Source: Mobula hypostoma | Taxonomy: Eukaryota | Reading direction: 5' to 3' | DNA length: 64,000 nt | NCBI RefSeq assembly: GCF_963921235.1 | Contig: NC_086108.1 | Location: 29,390,001-29,454,000 of the forward strand | Part shown: positions 24,727-37,649 of the stretch, in pieces | Layout: each line of letters begins with the position of its first letter | How positions within the stretch are numbered: position 1 is the first letter of the stretch | The notes under the pieces: generated by a model | What the model was told of the DNA's origin: nothing | The model's database searches: none | What the model saw: only the letters and a program-made list of their open reading frames with translations | Position numbers and translations under genes: made by a program

Positions 24727-27700
24727 AGACTTCTGCCTGCGGCTCGATGGAGTGATACATAAATTTTGTGGCTGCCTTTAATTCCTCCTTTTCCCCAGTT
24801 TAAACCTTAAATTTTTAACTTTTGTTTCTCGGATCGTAGAGGGAAATAGTTGTCATTATGTCACATCCTTTAAGAAGTGGAAAGTTGCCTTTTGAATCCA
24901 GCAATGGAAAGGGAAAAACTTTGAAAGAAAATTCGGAAGATATGCCTGTCTGGGCTGAGCGTTTGGAACGTGCGTTGATGGCTCTCGACAACAAAATAGA
25001 CAATAACATTTCTGAGTTGAAGTCATTCCAACAGAGTTTTCAGACTATTGAGGAAAATATTATTTCCTTGAATACAGCGTTTAAAGAATCGAAACATCAG
25101 ATTGTGGATATTTCAACCTGCTTGGAACAGGCTCAACGTAAAATTGTTGATTTAGAGGCGAAGTCTCGTCGGAATAATATACGAATTATCGGACTTAAGG
25201 AAGATTCTGAGAGTGGGAATTTATTGGACCATTTTGCCAATTTGTTTCAATCTTTGTTTCCGGATATTCTACCTCAACCTCCCGATATAGAAACATAGAA
25301 AATAGGTGCAGGAGTAGGCCATTCGGCCCTTCGAGCCTGCACCGCCATTTATTATGATCATGGCTGATCATCCAACTCAGAACCCCGCCCCAGCCTTCCC
25401 TCCATACCCCCTGATCCCCGTAGCCACAAGGGTCATATCTAACTCCCTCTTAAATATAGCCAATGAACTGGCCTCAACTGTTTCCTGTGGCAGAGAATTC
25501 CACAGATTCACCACTCTCTGTGTGAAGAAGTTTTTCCTAATCTCGGTCCTAAAAGGCTTCCCCTTTATCCTCAAACTGTGACCCCTTGTTCTGGACTTCC
25601 CCAACATCGGGAACAATCTTTCTGCATCTAGCCTGTCCAATCCCTTTAGGATTTTATACGTTTCAATCAGATCCCCCCTCAATCTTCTAAATTCCAACAA
25701 GTACAAGCCCAGTTCATCCAGTCTTTCTTCATATGAAAGTCCTGCCATCCCAGGAATCAATCTGGTGAACCTTCTTTGTACTCCCTCTATGGCAAGGATG
25801 TCTTTCCTCAGATTAGAGGACCAAAACTGCACACAATACTCCAGGTGTGGTCTCACCAAGGCCTTGTACAACTGCAGTAGTACCTCCCTGCTCCTGTACT
25901 CGAATCCTCTCGCTATAAATGCCAGCATACCATTCGCCTTTTTCACCGCCTGCTGTACCTGCATGCCCACTTTCAATGACTGGTGTATAATGATATCCAG
26001 GTCTTGTTGCACCTCCCCTTTTCCTAATCGGCCACCATTCAGATAATAATCTGTTTTCCTATTTTTCCCACCAAAGTGGATAACTTCACATTTATACACA
26101 TTAAATTGCATCTGCCATGAATTTGCCCACTCACCCAACCTATCCAAGTCACTCTGCATCCTCTTAGCATTCTCCTCACAGCTAACACTGCCGCCCAGCT
26201 TCGTGTCATTCGCAAACTTGGGGATGCTGCATTTAATTCCCTCATCCAAGTTATTAATATATATTGTAAACAACTGGGGTCCCAGCACTGAGCCTTGCGG
26301 TACCCCACTAGTCACCGCCTGCCATTCTGAAAAGGTCCCGTTTATTCCCACTCTTTGCTTCCTGTCTGCTAACTAATTCTCCATCCACATCAATACCTTA
26401 CCCCCAATACCGTGTGCTTTAAGTTTGCACACTAATCTCCTGTGTGGGACCTTGTCAAAAGCCTTTTGAAAATCCAAATATACCACATCCACTGGTTCTC
26501 CCCTATCCACTCTACTAGTTACATCCTCAAAAAATTCTATGAGATTCGTCAGACATGATTTTCCTTTCACAAATCCATGCTAACTTCGTCCAATGATTTC
26601 ACCGCTTTCCAAATGTGCTGTTATCACATCTTTGATAACTGACTCCAGCAGTTTCCCCACCACCGACGTTAGGCTAACCGGTCTATAATTCCCCGGTTTC
26701 TCTCTCCCTCCTTTTTTAAAAAGTGGGGTTACATTATCCACCCTCTAATCCTCAGGAACTAGTCCAGAATCTAACGAGTTTTGAAAAATTATCACTAATG
26801 CATCCACTATTTCTTGGGCTACTTCCTTAAGCACTCTAGGATGCAGACCATCTGGCCCTGGGGATTTATCTGCCTTCAATCCCTTCAATTTACCTAACAC
26901 CACTTCCCTACTAACATGTATTTCGCTCAGTTCCTCCATCTCCCTGGACCCCCTGTCCCCTACTATTTCTGGAAGATTATTTATGTCCTCCTTAGTGAAG
27001 ACAGAACCAAAGTAATTATTCAATTGGTCTGCCATGTCCTTGCTCCCCATAATCAATTCACCTGTTTCTGTCTGTAGGGGACCTACATTTGTCTTTACTA
27101 GTCTTTTCCTTTTTACATATCTATAAAAGCTTTTACAGTCAGTTTTTATGTTCCCTGCCAGTTTTCTCTCATTATCTTTTTTCCCCTTCCTAATTAAGCC
27201 CTTTGTCCTCCTCTGCTGAACTCTGAATTTCTCCCAGTCCTCAGGTGAGCCACTTTCTCTGGCTAATTTGTATGCTTCTTCTTTGGAATTGATACTATCC
27301 CTAATTTCTCTTGTCAGCCACGGGTGCACTACCTTCCTTGATTTATTCTTTTGCCAAACTGGGATGAACAATTGTTGTAGTTCATCCATGCAACCTTTAA
27401 ATGCTTGCCATTGCATATCCACTGTCAATCCTTTAAGTGTCATTTGCCAGTCTATCTTAGCTAATTCACGTCTCATACCTTCAAAGTTACCCCTCTTTAA
27501 GTTCAGAACCTTTGTTTCTGAATTAACTATGTCACTCTCCATCTTTATGAGGAATTCCACCATATTATGGTCACTCTTACCCAAGGGGCCTCTCACGACA
27601 AGATTGCTAATTAACCCTTCCTCATTGCTCAAAACCCAGTCCAGAATAGCCTGCTCTCTAGTTGGTTCCTCGACATGTTGGTTCAAAGAGCTCATAGACT

Positions 27701-30421
27701 TTTCACATTGAATTCTCAGACCTCAGGTAAATCTGGAACTATTTTGGTCAACTTTCTTCGCTTTAAAGTTAAAGACCAAATCATTTAAGCTAAAGGAATA
27801 ATGGTGTCTTTTTCTTGTTTGAGAATGTATTGTTGAGGTTTAATAGCATTGTTTTGACGCCTCTGGAGACTGTTTTTGCATTCCCAGTTTATTTTCAATG
27901 ATTAATATAAACATCTTTTTTCTGCTTCCCTGCTGAGCTTTCTTATCTTAGGGTCATCTGATTTCTTTGTAAAGGGGAGGGGGGGGAATTGGGAGAAAAA
28001 CTTTTAAATCACTATTTATATTGAGCCGCATGCTGAGTTCTGCTTTTCTCCTTTCTTTGGGGAGGCATTCCGGCTTTTCCCTTCCTTTTTGCCGGATTTC
28101 TACCTTTTGGGATGGGGGGAGGATTTGGGATTTTATTTTTGCATTTTGGGGTTTATTACAGGATTTCTCTTTCAGGTTTTTTCCCCATTATGGAGCTCCG
28201 GAGCATGCGTGTTTTCCATATGGTTATACTCATCACCGCCATCTTTGATTAGCCCACGATAGTATGCGTGTATTTTCATGTTTAAAACAATATTCTATGG
28301 TTATTAAACAGATAACCGTTATTAGTTGGAACATACGTGGCTGGAATCACCCTATTAAGCGAAAGAACATTTTTCAAATTATTAACTGATTCCAGCCCGA
28401 GATAACTTTTGTTCAAGAAACGTATATCAGAATGGGCGATCAAAATAGATTTTTTAAAACATGGAAGGGCCTTCAATATCATGCTATTTATCAAAATAAA
28501 ACAAAGGGAGTATATTTTTATTAAAGCTAATATTTTATTTATCCAAGAAGATATCATCTCAGATATCAATGGTAGATTTTTAATGATTAAAGGAACAACT
28601 TGTAATAGAAAAATGGTCTTGATTAATCTATATGGACCTAATGTAGATGATCCTAATGTAGATGATTTTTTTAAAATGTATTTGGTTTATTACCGGACTT
28701 AAATGAATATATGCTGTCGATGGGAGGTGACTTCAACTGTTGTTTAAACCCTTTGATTGACAAGAGTTCAACCAATCAGCAGCTTCCGAGCTGTTCAACA
28801 TCACTTATTAATTCCTTTTTAATTGATTATGGTTTGATAGAAATCTGGATAAATCTACATCCTAATGATAGAGATTATTCTTTTTATTCACATGTCCATA
28901 AAAAAATACTTGCAAATTGATTATGTTATAGCTGATTTCCGATTTTTGTCCAAAGTTCAGAAATGTGAATATGATGCTATTGCTGTCTCGGATCATGCAC
29001 CTTTAAGCTTAACTTTTGAATTGAATGATGTTAGTAATGTAAACTTGCCTTGGCGTTTTCCAGAAAACTTATTACAAAGTTTGGACTACGTCAAATTTAT
29101 AGAGATTCAAATAAAAGATTTTTTTTCTTTTTAATAATACAGAAGATATGTCGAAATTGATTATATGGGATATATTTAAAGTGTATTTGCGAGGTCAGAT
29201 AATCTCCTATTTGGCTAAGCTTAAGAAACAGACAAAAATAGAGTTAGATAGGATTTTAAAACAAATTAAAGACTTGGATAACACTTACGCAGCTTCTCCT
29301 AATATTGATTTATTTAAGTAAAGAGTTGAACTTCCATCACAATATAATTTATTATTAACTTATCCTATTGAAAGAAATTTGCTTAAATTATAAGTCAATT
29401 TTATGTGTTTGGAGATAAATGTAATAAGCTATTAGCATCCCAACTAAAAGCAGTTAGAGCTAAAAGACAAATTTTTAAAATTTGTAAGGGAGATGGTAGT
29501 TTAGTTTGTAACTATGAAGATATTAATAAAATTTTTCAAGACTATTACAGTGAATTCTATAAATCTCAGTTTCCAGCTGATCCTTCTAAAATGAATGTCT
29601 TTTTACAAAAGATTGATTTTCCTAGAATATCTGTTAAAGATCAACAAATTCTTGCTACTCCTTTTACTAAAAGAGAAATTCAGAAAGCTATTTTTTCAAT
29701 GCAATCTGGTAAAGTTCCTGGACTAGATAGTTTTTCTGTATGATTTTATAAAAAATTTGAAAATTTGCTTACTCCTTATATGTTGGAAATGTTTAAAGAT
29801 TCTTTTTTTGTCAGGAGAGTTACTTTCTACATTTTATGAAGCTTCTATTTCTTTAATTCTTAAGAAAGATAAAGACCCGATGGATTGTGCTTCATATACA
29901 CCTATCTCATTATTAAATGTAGATGCCAAAATTCTTTCAAAAATAATGGCTAATCGGTTGGAGAATATACTAGCTAAAATTATTTCTCAGGACCAAACAG
30001 GTTTTATAAAAGGCCGTTATTCTTTTTCTAACACTCGGAGACTGTTAAATGTTATACAGAAGATATGTCGATTCTTCAGTAAATGGATTTGGTTGGCGAA
30101 TTGATGTCTTTTTTTTTATAGAAGCTTGTATGGCGTATAGCTCCGGGTTTGTGCTCCAAATGGGGGTTTTTTCCCCTCGTTTTTGTTTTGTTTGTTAGCT
30201 TTTTTTTTGTTTTAGTTAGTAGGGGTTCTTTTTTCCTTGTTCCTTTTTTCAAAAAAAAAGCTTTAACATTTTGGTTTTTTTAAATTATTATTATTGATAT
30301 ACTGTTTAGCTTGGTTAATAGTTTGACTCTTATTATACATATTGGTATATTGACTGGATTATTTTAATGTATTTTTCTTTGTTGTCAATTTTCAATAATA
30401 ATTAATAAGATTTAGAAATGA
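24727..30421 (+). mobile_element. L1-clade LINE (AT-rich), internally deleted and split by a CR1
   Basis: ORF1 LEAKSRRNNIRIIGL...PDIE|RAHR; ORF2 fragments GGDFNC, SDHAPL, ISLLNVDAKIL, DQTGFIKGR; T-rich 3' UTR. TSD caatggacttatagagca (24707-24724) / caaaggatttatagagca (30422-30439). Confidence 0.88.
25287..27687 (-). mobile_element. Young 5'-truncated CR1, same subfamily as 14680-19013, inserted in L1 ORF1
   Basis: ORFs 26745-27695, 26373-26570 and 25377-26351 are near-identical to the intact ORF2; same 3' tail. Confidence 0.95.
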
Positions 30422-31251
30422 CAAAGGATTTATAGAGCATGTTGCTAATAAGCAACCTCTCTCCCACCCATGTCTTGCATTCAGAAGTGCATCTGCTCTC
30501 ATTAGCTAATTGAATCACAGTATAGTCAGTGGGTGGGATCCAACATCACAACTCCTATACCATTCAAGTGTAATACTGTAATAAAGATGTCAATAATGCT
30601 CATTGATGGGAAAACCATGAAAGCTGGTGCAATGTTAAGGGAATAAAATCAGACAGAATAAAATCCGCACCCGCTTCCACAAGGGTTAGATTGCAATGGC
30701 GCGTGCATTTCCCATATGCAGTTGAACCTGAAAGTCCACTGAAAGGTCCTAAAAGGTGACATCAGCGACAAATTGCATGTTATTTCATAATCGCAACGTA
30801 GTTACCTCGGTCAAGTTAATTTCCTCACTACCGAAAACAAATCATGCACACCATGGAATATAACAGGATTAATTTAACTTCTCCCCAGTCAGCTATCTGG
30901 TTCTGCCCAGCTGAGCAAGTTTTGCTTAGGTGCACCAGAACCAATAGGGTTCACCTTGAGTCAAATGTTTTTATTGTAATGTTCTCCATGTTTAATGAAG
31001 TCAGAACGCTTGAATCCTAATCCTGCTCACACCCAAGGCAGATTAATAGTCCTGCTCATTCAATTGCCATCACTCTAGGAACTACAAACCCTTTGGCAAA
31101 TAAGGTTGTATTGATTTCAAGATACCACATGTAAACATGGTGAATCAGCACCAATTTATTAAAGCTTCTTATTTTTTCCTCCATAAATGCATCAACAGCT
31201 GGTCCACTCTCCCCAGAAAACAGGGAGAAAACTTTCATATGGATTGACCAC

Positions 31252-31575
31252 TTTAGAGTGGTGCAGTTAGTAACCCCACTGACTCACAGTACAGGGGACT
31301 CAGGTTCGATCCAGACCTCAGGTGCTGGCTGTGGAATTTGCATGTTTTGCTTGTCACCACTTGGGTTTCTTCCTGTGACCCAGAGATGAGCAGGTTAGTA
31401 AGTTACTCAGCCACCATAAATTGCCCACAAGAGTGTAGGTTAGGGTTAGAATCTGGGGGGAGATGATAAAAAAGTGAGGACAATGAAAAAAAATGGGTTG
31501 TTGATAGTTGGCATGGAATTAGGTTAGCTGAAGGGTCTGCTGCCATGCTGCAGTCCTTTGTGATTCTATGACTCT
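31252..31575 (+). mobile_element. tRNA-derived V-SINE (HE1-like) with CR1-type tail
   Basis: B-box-like ggttcgatcc, V-domain-like gtggaatttgcatgtt, tail tgattctatgactcta. Confidence 0.7.
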
Positions 31576-31851
31576 AAAGAACTTGTTTGTGCACTGAAGC
31601 TGAAAACAGAGAAACAATAAAAAGCCACATTGATGCATTCAAATGCCAACAAGGAAAACCTAAAAAAAATGCTGTTCAATTGCAAAGATTAGAAAGCCTT
31701 GCAATGCCAAAGACACAACTGTTGTAATACAAAGTCAGGTGTAGAGGGATTCCTTTCAGATCCAATAAAACATTACTTTTTTCTCTATTCACAGATGTTG
31801 TCTGTTTGCATCTTACCCTGCAAATTTTGTTTCTCTATCAGTAAACTATTA

Positions 31852-32917
31852 CAGGTCCGCAATCCCTTATCCAAAATCCTTGGGGCCAGTTGCATTTCGG
31901 AATTCAAAATTTTTCGGATTTCAGAAAATTGATAATTATACTGATAATTAACCTGTCTCGGTGCGGGTGGACTTTAGGACCCGGGGGAGCTCCGGACCTA
32001 CGCACATCCTCCCGTATACTTTAAATCATCTCTAGATTACTTATAATACCTATTACAATGTAAATGCTATGTAAGTAGTTGTTATACTGTATTGTTTAGG
32101 GAATAATGACAAGAAAAAAAGTGTGTACATGCTCAAACAACGAGTGCTGGAGAGAGAACTTCCGAGTTTTCCCGATCCGTGCTCTTTTTGACATTTTCAC
32201 AGTGAAATTAAACACAAAGTCAACAGTGAACACAAAATGTATAGTTAAGTGGAATAAATAAAGACTACAAATACTATTAAAGTTTATTTATAGAGTAATA
32301 TACTGATAAATGAAATAGTGGGATAATTATAGACCATAAATACACTGGTACATTTTATTTCCAACAAAAACATTCAATAAAACATAAAAAAACCCTCAAT
32401 TTTTTGCCCTTTGCAGTGCTTTCCTATTTTTCATTAGTTTATGGTCATCACTGTCACTATAAAACTTCAGTAACTTGTCTTTGTTTCTTTAAAATCATAT
32501 ACAGTCTTAGTTCCAACACCATATTCTTCAGTAAGATGCCACACAGACACACCACGATCAAGCGTTATTCTGGGTCTGTGTTACTGATGATGATAGATGC
32601 TTCCTTCTCTTTTTCTCATTGTTACCCATAGGGGTATCTGCAGCTCTTTTTGACATTTTCACAGTGAAATTAAACACAAAGTCAACAGTGAACACAAAAT
32701 ATCAGCGAACAGCAAATGCACGTGTAACCAGTACAAGCGCTGAGCCTCAACTGACGTCTGGCGGCCTCTGCTAGAGCTGCCACATCACACCTGAGTGACG
32801 TCAGCTGTTGGCGCGGCAAACAAGCCTTGTTACCTCACGCTCCACACTCCACGAAAAAAACCTCGGTTTTTGGAGCTTTTCGGATTTCAGAATTTCGGAT
32901 AAGGGATTGTGGACGTG
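31852..32917. mobile_element. Non-autonomous Tc1/mariner (Tigger4/Zombi-like) DNA transposon
   Basis: TIRs CAGGTCCGCAATCCCTTATCC / GGATAAGGGATTGTGGACGTG, TA TSD on both sides, subterminal ttcggatttc repeats. Confidence 0.88.
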
Positions 32918-33036
32918 TAGTCTCAAACATTACTGTAATATACAGATATCCAAATGCAAGGTACCATGGAATGTTTCTTATTTCCCCCATCACCATCAGA
33001 TTCTGTAATTCTCCTTGGCTAATAACAAAATCTTAC

Positions 33037-33172
33037 CTCTCATGACTCAGTGACATATGAACAGGCAATGGTACTACCACCTTCTCATTCTCCTGTTCTC
33101 CAGGACAACCCTGTAGATAAACCAATTGAAGCTCTTTCGATCCCTTGTAAGTCACATCCCTCCAATTCCTGG
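33037..33172 (-). CDS. TSEN15: TSEN15 coding exon 3 (ARNWRDVTYKGSKELQLVYLQGCPGEQENEKVVVPLPVHMSLSHER)
   Basis: Acceptor ttttttatttgaag, donor AG|gtaaga, 136 nt; phase 1 in is consistent with exon 2. Matches recalled human [20 protein letters not shown]...VVPTPITASLSHNR. Confidence 0.95.
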
Positions 33173-33529
33173 CTTCAAATAAAAAAAAATAAGAGTTAAC
33201 CAACAAACAAAAACAAGAAATGCCCACCCTCCAAATTAAAACATCAAAAATATAAATACATTAATTTTCTATTTTTGTCTATGGTGCAAGTAATAAAGTC
33301 AGCTGTTAATTACATTTTCCATCATTCTGCTTAAACGCTTTACCTCAATTATATGATTGGAAAACAACTATTTACATAATTTCACTAGCGGGTGGGGGGG
33401 TCATGCCATTGACCATCTCGGTGGTTGAGGCTGTGTGCTTAAGAAAGAGAGGTACAATAGTGGGCTTAAGAATTCCTGTCTTAGAACCACTGAGAAGTGA
33501 CTCTTCATGTGATGTAAATAGTATTCATT

Positions 33530-35290
33530 GCACACACAGAAAATGCTAGAGGAACTCAGATCAGGCAGCATCTGAAAATGAATAAACAATTGATGTTTCA
33601 GGCTGGGACTCTTCATCAGGACAGGAAAGGAAGGAGATCCCAGCAAGATGGCACTAGCGACCAGCGGCGACATCCTGCAGAGAGCTCACAAAACCAAGAT
33701 ACTCTTCTTCTGAACTGCCATCGATTGCGATCGATTCCCTCTTAAGGATGTATTTTTGAGCCTAATAAACGATCTGGTGCTTCTGCAATCTCCTGGGGCA
33801 TTTGGCAGGGATGAGAGCAGAGAATGCAGCTACAGCCATTGCTGTGGGGGTATGATGCATCGATTCCCAATGGCGGAACATAAACCAGTGGTTGGCTCCA
33901 CTACCTCACACCAATTATAGCATCAATTTTAATCTTGCTCGTCGAGGACAAGAGCTGACGGCTGAAAATGAATAGGTGTTGAGTGCTATCTGCCTGTGTT
34001 TGACTGGACTCTTCTCGCTGCTACTGGCGAGCACAGTGCTCAGGAGTCAGACTTGTACTGGAAGGGCATCACTCGCTTCAACGCTGAAAGCGCTCCACAG
34101 CTAAGAACTCACTTTTGGGGACACTGCAGTTAATGTTATTTGTTTACTTTTTATTGTTTGCACAATATGTTCCATCTCCTCTCCGCACCCCCCCCCCCAC
34201 ACACAGTGTGTTTGATAGTCTTGCTGTGTACAGTTTTTCTTTAAAAGGGTTCTATTATATTTTTATTTAGTGGCTGCCTGCATGAAGACAAATCTCAAGG
34301 TTGAATACTTCGATAATAAATGTGCCTTGAACTTGGAAGATTGTCAGAATAAAAAGGTGGGGGAGGGGAAGGAAGACCAGCTGGAAGCTGATAGGTGAAG
34401 CTAGATGGGAGGGATGAAGTAAAAAGCTGGGAGGTGATAGGTGGAAAAGGGAAAGGGCTGGAGAAGAAGGAATCTGATAGAACGGGAGCATGGACCATGG
34501 GGGAAATGGAAAGAGGAGGAGCACCAGAGGTGATAGACAGGTGAGGAGTGGGGAATAGCGGGGGGGGGGAGGGGAAGAGGTGAAAAGAAAACAAAAAAGT
34601 GGGAAAAAATTACTGGAAGGGAAAATTAATGTTCATGCCATCAGGTTGAATGCTACTTAGGTGGAATATGAGGTGTTGCTCCTCCACCCTGAGAGTGGCC
34701 ATATTGTAGCAGAAGAGGTGGCCATGGACTGACATGTCAGAATGGAAATGGGGATAGGAATTAAAATGGTTGGCCACCGGAAATTTCGCTTTTGGCAGAT
34801 GGAGTGCAGGTGCTTAGCAAAGCGGTCTCCCAATTTATATCAAGTCTCACCAACATAGAGGCCACATCTGGAGCACCAGATACAATAAGTGACCCCAACA
34901 GATTTGCAGTGAAATTTTGCCTCACCTAAAAGGGCTGTTTGGGGCTCTGAATGGAAGTGAGGAAGGAACTGAATGGGCAGGTATAGCCCTTCTTCTGCTT
35001 GCAAGGATAAGTGCCTGGAGGGAATATTAGTGGGCCAAGATGAACGGTCAAGGGAATCATGAAAGAAGTGATCCCTGCGGAAAGCAGTGAGTTGGGGTGG
35101 GGGGGGTGTGCGGGGAAGGTAAAGATGTGTTTGGTGGTAGGACCCTGTTGAAGATGGTGAAAGTTGCGGAGAATGATGGTGTTGGATATAGAGGCTCATG
35201 GGGTGGTAGGTGAGGACAAGCGAAACTCTATCCCTGTTAAGATGGCAGGAAGATGAGGTGAGGGTAGATGTCTGCAAAATGAAGACGGCA
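33530..35290 (-). mobile_element. Penelope-like element 3' part, interrupted by a ~700-bp insertion (about 33638-34333)
   Basis: ORF 34840-35325 ends CKSVGVTYCIWCSRCGLYVGET (GIY-YIG-like); hammerhead remnant at 33588-33623. Confidence 0.8.
33638..34333 (+). mobile_element. Non-autonomous retroelement with Rex1-type tail
   Basis: Starts tcccagcaagatggc and ends aatctcaaggttg...aataaatgtgccttgaactt; splits the Penelope tail. A similar tail occurs at about 57500-57580. Confidence 0.55.
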
Positions 35291-35854
35291 GCATCAATGT
35301 TTTCAAAAGTAAAATGGTGAACCACAAGCTACAGAATGGCACCTTCACCTCAGGTACTATGTACCCAATTAAGGTACATTTCTGCACAATGTTGATCTCT
35401 GAAATGTTAGCAATGACAATGGTCCATCAAGGGGAAGTGGAGCAAACAGCTGGATATACTGCAAATCCAAACTTAAACTAAAAAGGCTGGAAGATTAGTC
35501 TCCATGGAGAATCAGAATTATTATCACTGGCATAGAATGTGAAATGTATTGCAATTTTGGTGGTGCAAAAACAATGTCAGTATTTTGTTTTAGACAATGT
35601 TCCTTCACAACTGAAAAAGTGAGGAAACGAGTATACTTTGAGAGGGACAAAAGAGCAAAGATCAAAAATGGAGATGACCCTGATGTAAGGGTGACTCTGA
35701 GCCATTCCACTCTGTCCCTGACCTACCCTTAGTTTCCTAGATTTTCTCAATGATGCCCAAAGCTCAAGCAATGGCACCTTATCTTCCATCCAGCACAATG
35801 TAATATTAATATCAACAATTTCAAGTAACCAGTTTTTTTTCTTTTCACCTTAAG

Positions 35855-36420
35855 ATTGTTATAGCTGAGGGTTATAGGCTCCCACTACCTAGTAAGTGCT
35901 TTCAATGGCGTGCGTCTCATGTTCCCTTTGACAACCAAGTCAAACTCTTGGCCTTCACGTGTGGTTAAGCTACTAAGCCTGGTGGAACTGTTTCTATTGA
36001 CAGAAGAGGCAAAGGCAGGTTACTGGCACTTTAAAAACCAGTCACTTCGGGCAGATGGGGCATGTCAACCGTGGTTAGCAACACACCTCGGAGAAGGAAA
36101 ACACTGCTCTCAAACCTCTGCTGCCTTGCAGCTATACCCATTCACGGGGAAGGCTTCAGGAGTAAACTCTGAGAAAAATCCTGGGGTTGGAGTCGTTTAG
36201 GCAGTCCTATTTTGAGTTCAATGCTGACTGGCAACTACTGCGGCACCACTGGTGCCAAACTGCATTCATCTCTGCCGTTTGTATTCATCCACTGCGCAGA
36301 GTGGGGTAGCCTGCCACATGGGCAACAGCTTGCTCTCCATATTGTCCTGCCCTGGCTTGCATATCGTGTAGACAGCTGGGACTCAACTTCCAGAGTCAAC
36401 CCCAACCAACTGAGGACTTC
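35855..36420 (+). mobile_element. Interspersed repeat resembling an RTE 5' UTR
   Basis: Motif ggagaaggaaaacactgctctcaaacc resembles RTE-clade 5' UTRs (recalled); GC-richer than the flanks. Confidence 0.4.
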
Positions 36421-37649
36421 AATGTTTTCACATGGCAAGGTACTCAGCTTCATTCTGTACTTTTACATCCTTTCATACTGTCCACTTCAAGTTAACAGTT
36501 TCCTTGGCCTGGAACATATCATGGAAATTTTCTTTGCAGTCAATAACGATTTTCCTCCATGGAGATTTATAAACACACACAGCACATCAGTGCATTCCTT
36601 GGAACAATAACATTCCTTGCCATGATTGTAGAGAATCAGTATTCACTGTTTCTCTCTCCATTAATGCTGCATAGTTTACTAACAGCATTAGCATTTTTTT
36701 TGTTTTTAATTTCTAGCACTTACAGTTCTTTACTCAAACTTTAATATTCTATTGTCTTTTAGCAAACAATAAAATGCATTGGTTGTATAGATCAGGCTTT
36801 GAATTTTTCAAAACTCTTGGATTCTTTCAACTTGATTGCTTCAAGCATTCTTCTGCTTAGATTTTGAAATATGCATTATACATTTTGTACCAGCAATGGT
36901 AAATGCAGAGTCATGGCTCAGTGCAGCTTTTGAAATGCGTCACTGCATTGATAGGAAAACACTGAGTAAAGCTTTCACACAGATCACTAAATGTGTTTTA
37001 AGAGAACAGTTTACATCTGTAAACATAGTATAGAAAATAAGTACACAACCAAATCACGTCCCACTGTCACAGGATTGCTTCAGTTTTATCCCTTGGTGTT
37101 ACTGTACTTACCTTAACCACTTATTTATTCACAATATAACACCTGAGCATTAAGAAGCGACCTTTCAACTCAGGAAGCTTAAAAATGTAATTAATTTCAT
37201 TTCAAATATCCATTAAATATCTTGTATCCACAAGATACCAATTATGAAATAATTTGTATTATACTCTGCATTGTCAGTGTAAGTGCAATTAACGTTTCAT
37301 TGTTTAACCTCACCAGCCTCCCACTGGCGGTTGAAAAAGTCATCCCAGTTCTTTCCTGCTTTTGCAGTTAGTAATCATACCTTAGTGGTTGGACATGGAC
37401 ATGGTATCCCCCAGCAGAGAAGGAGGGATGGATAAAGGATGCAGGAGAGGGAAATAGCAGACACAAAACCACTTAATCACTCCAAGTCCCTCTCCTACCA
37501 AAGGATTCCCTTTATGATCCATTTTTAAAGTATCTTTTCTATTGTTGTTCAAGTAGCCATTTTTATGTTTAAGGTTATGACAACAAAAGCTCTCCAAATC
37601 TTTATTCCTCTTTTTCTTGAAGACACACTTAAAAAGTTGCCACATTCCT

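Noticed and set aside
35935..36010. HDV-like or twister ribozyme (gcc ttcacgt ... ctaagcc) in the RTE-like repeat
   Set aside because: The loop resembles CPEB3 L3, but I could not build P1, P1.1 and P2 pairings by eye; a covariance-model search would be needed.
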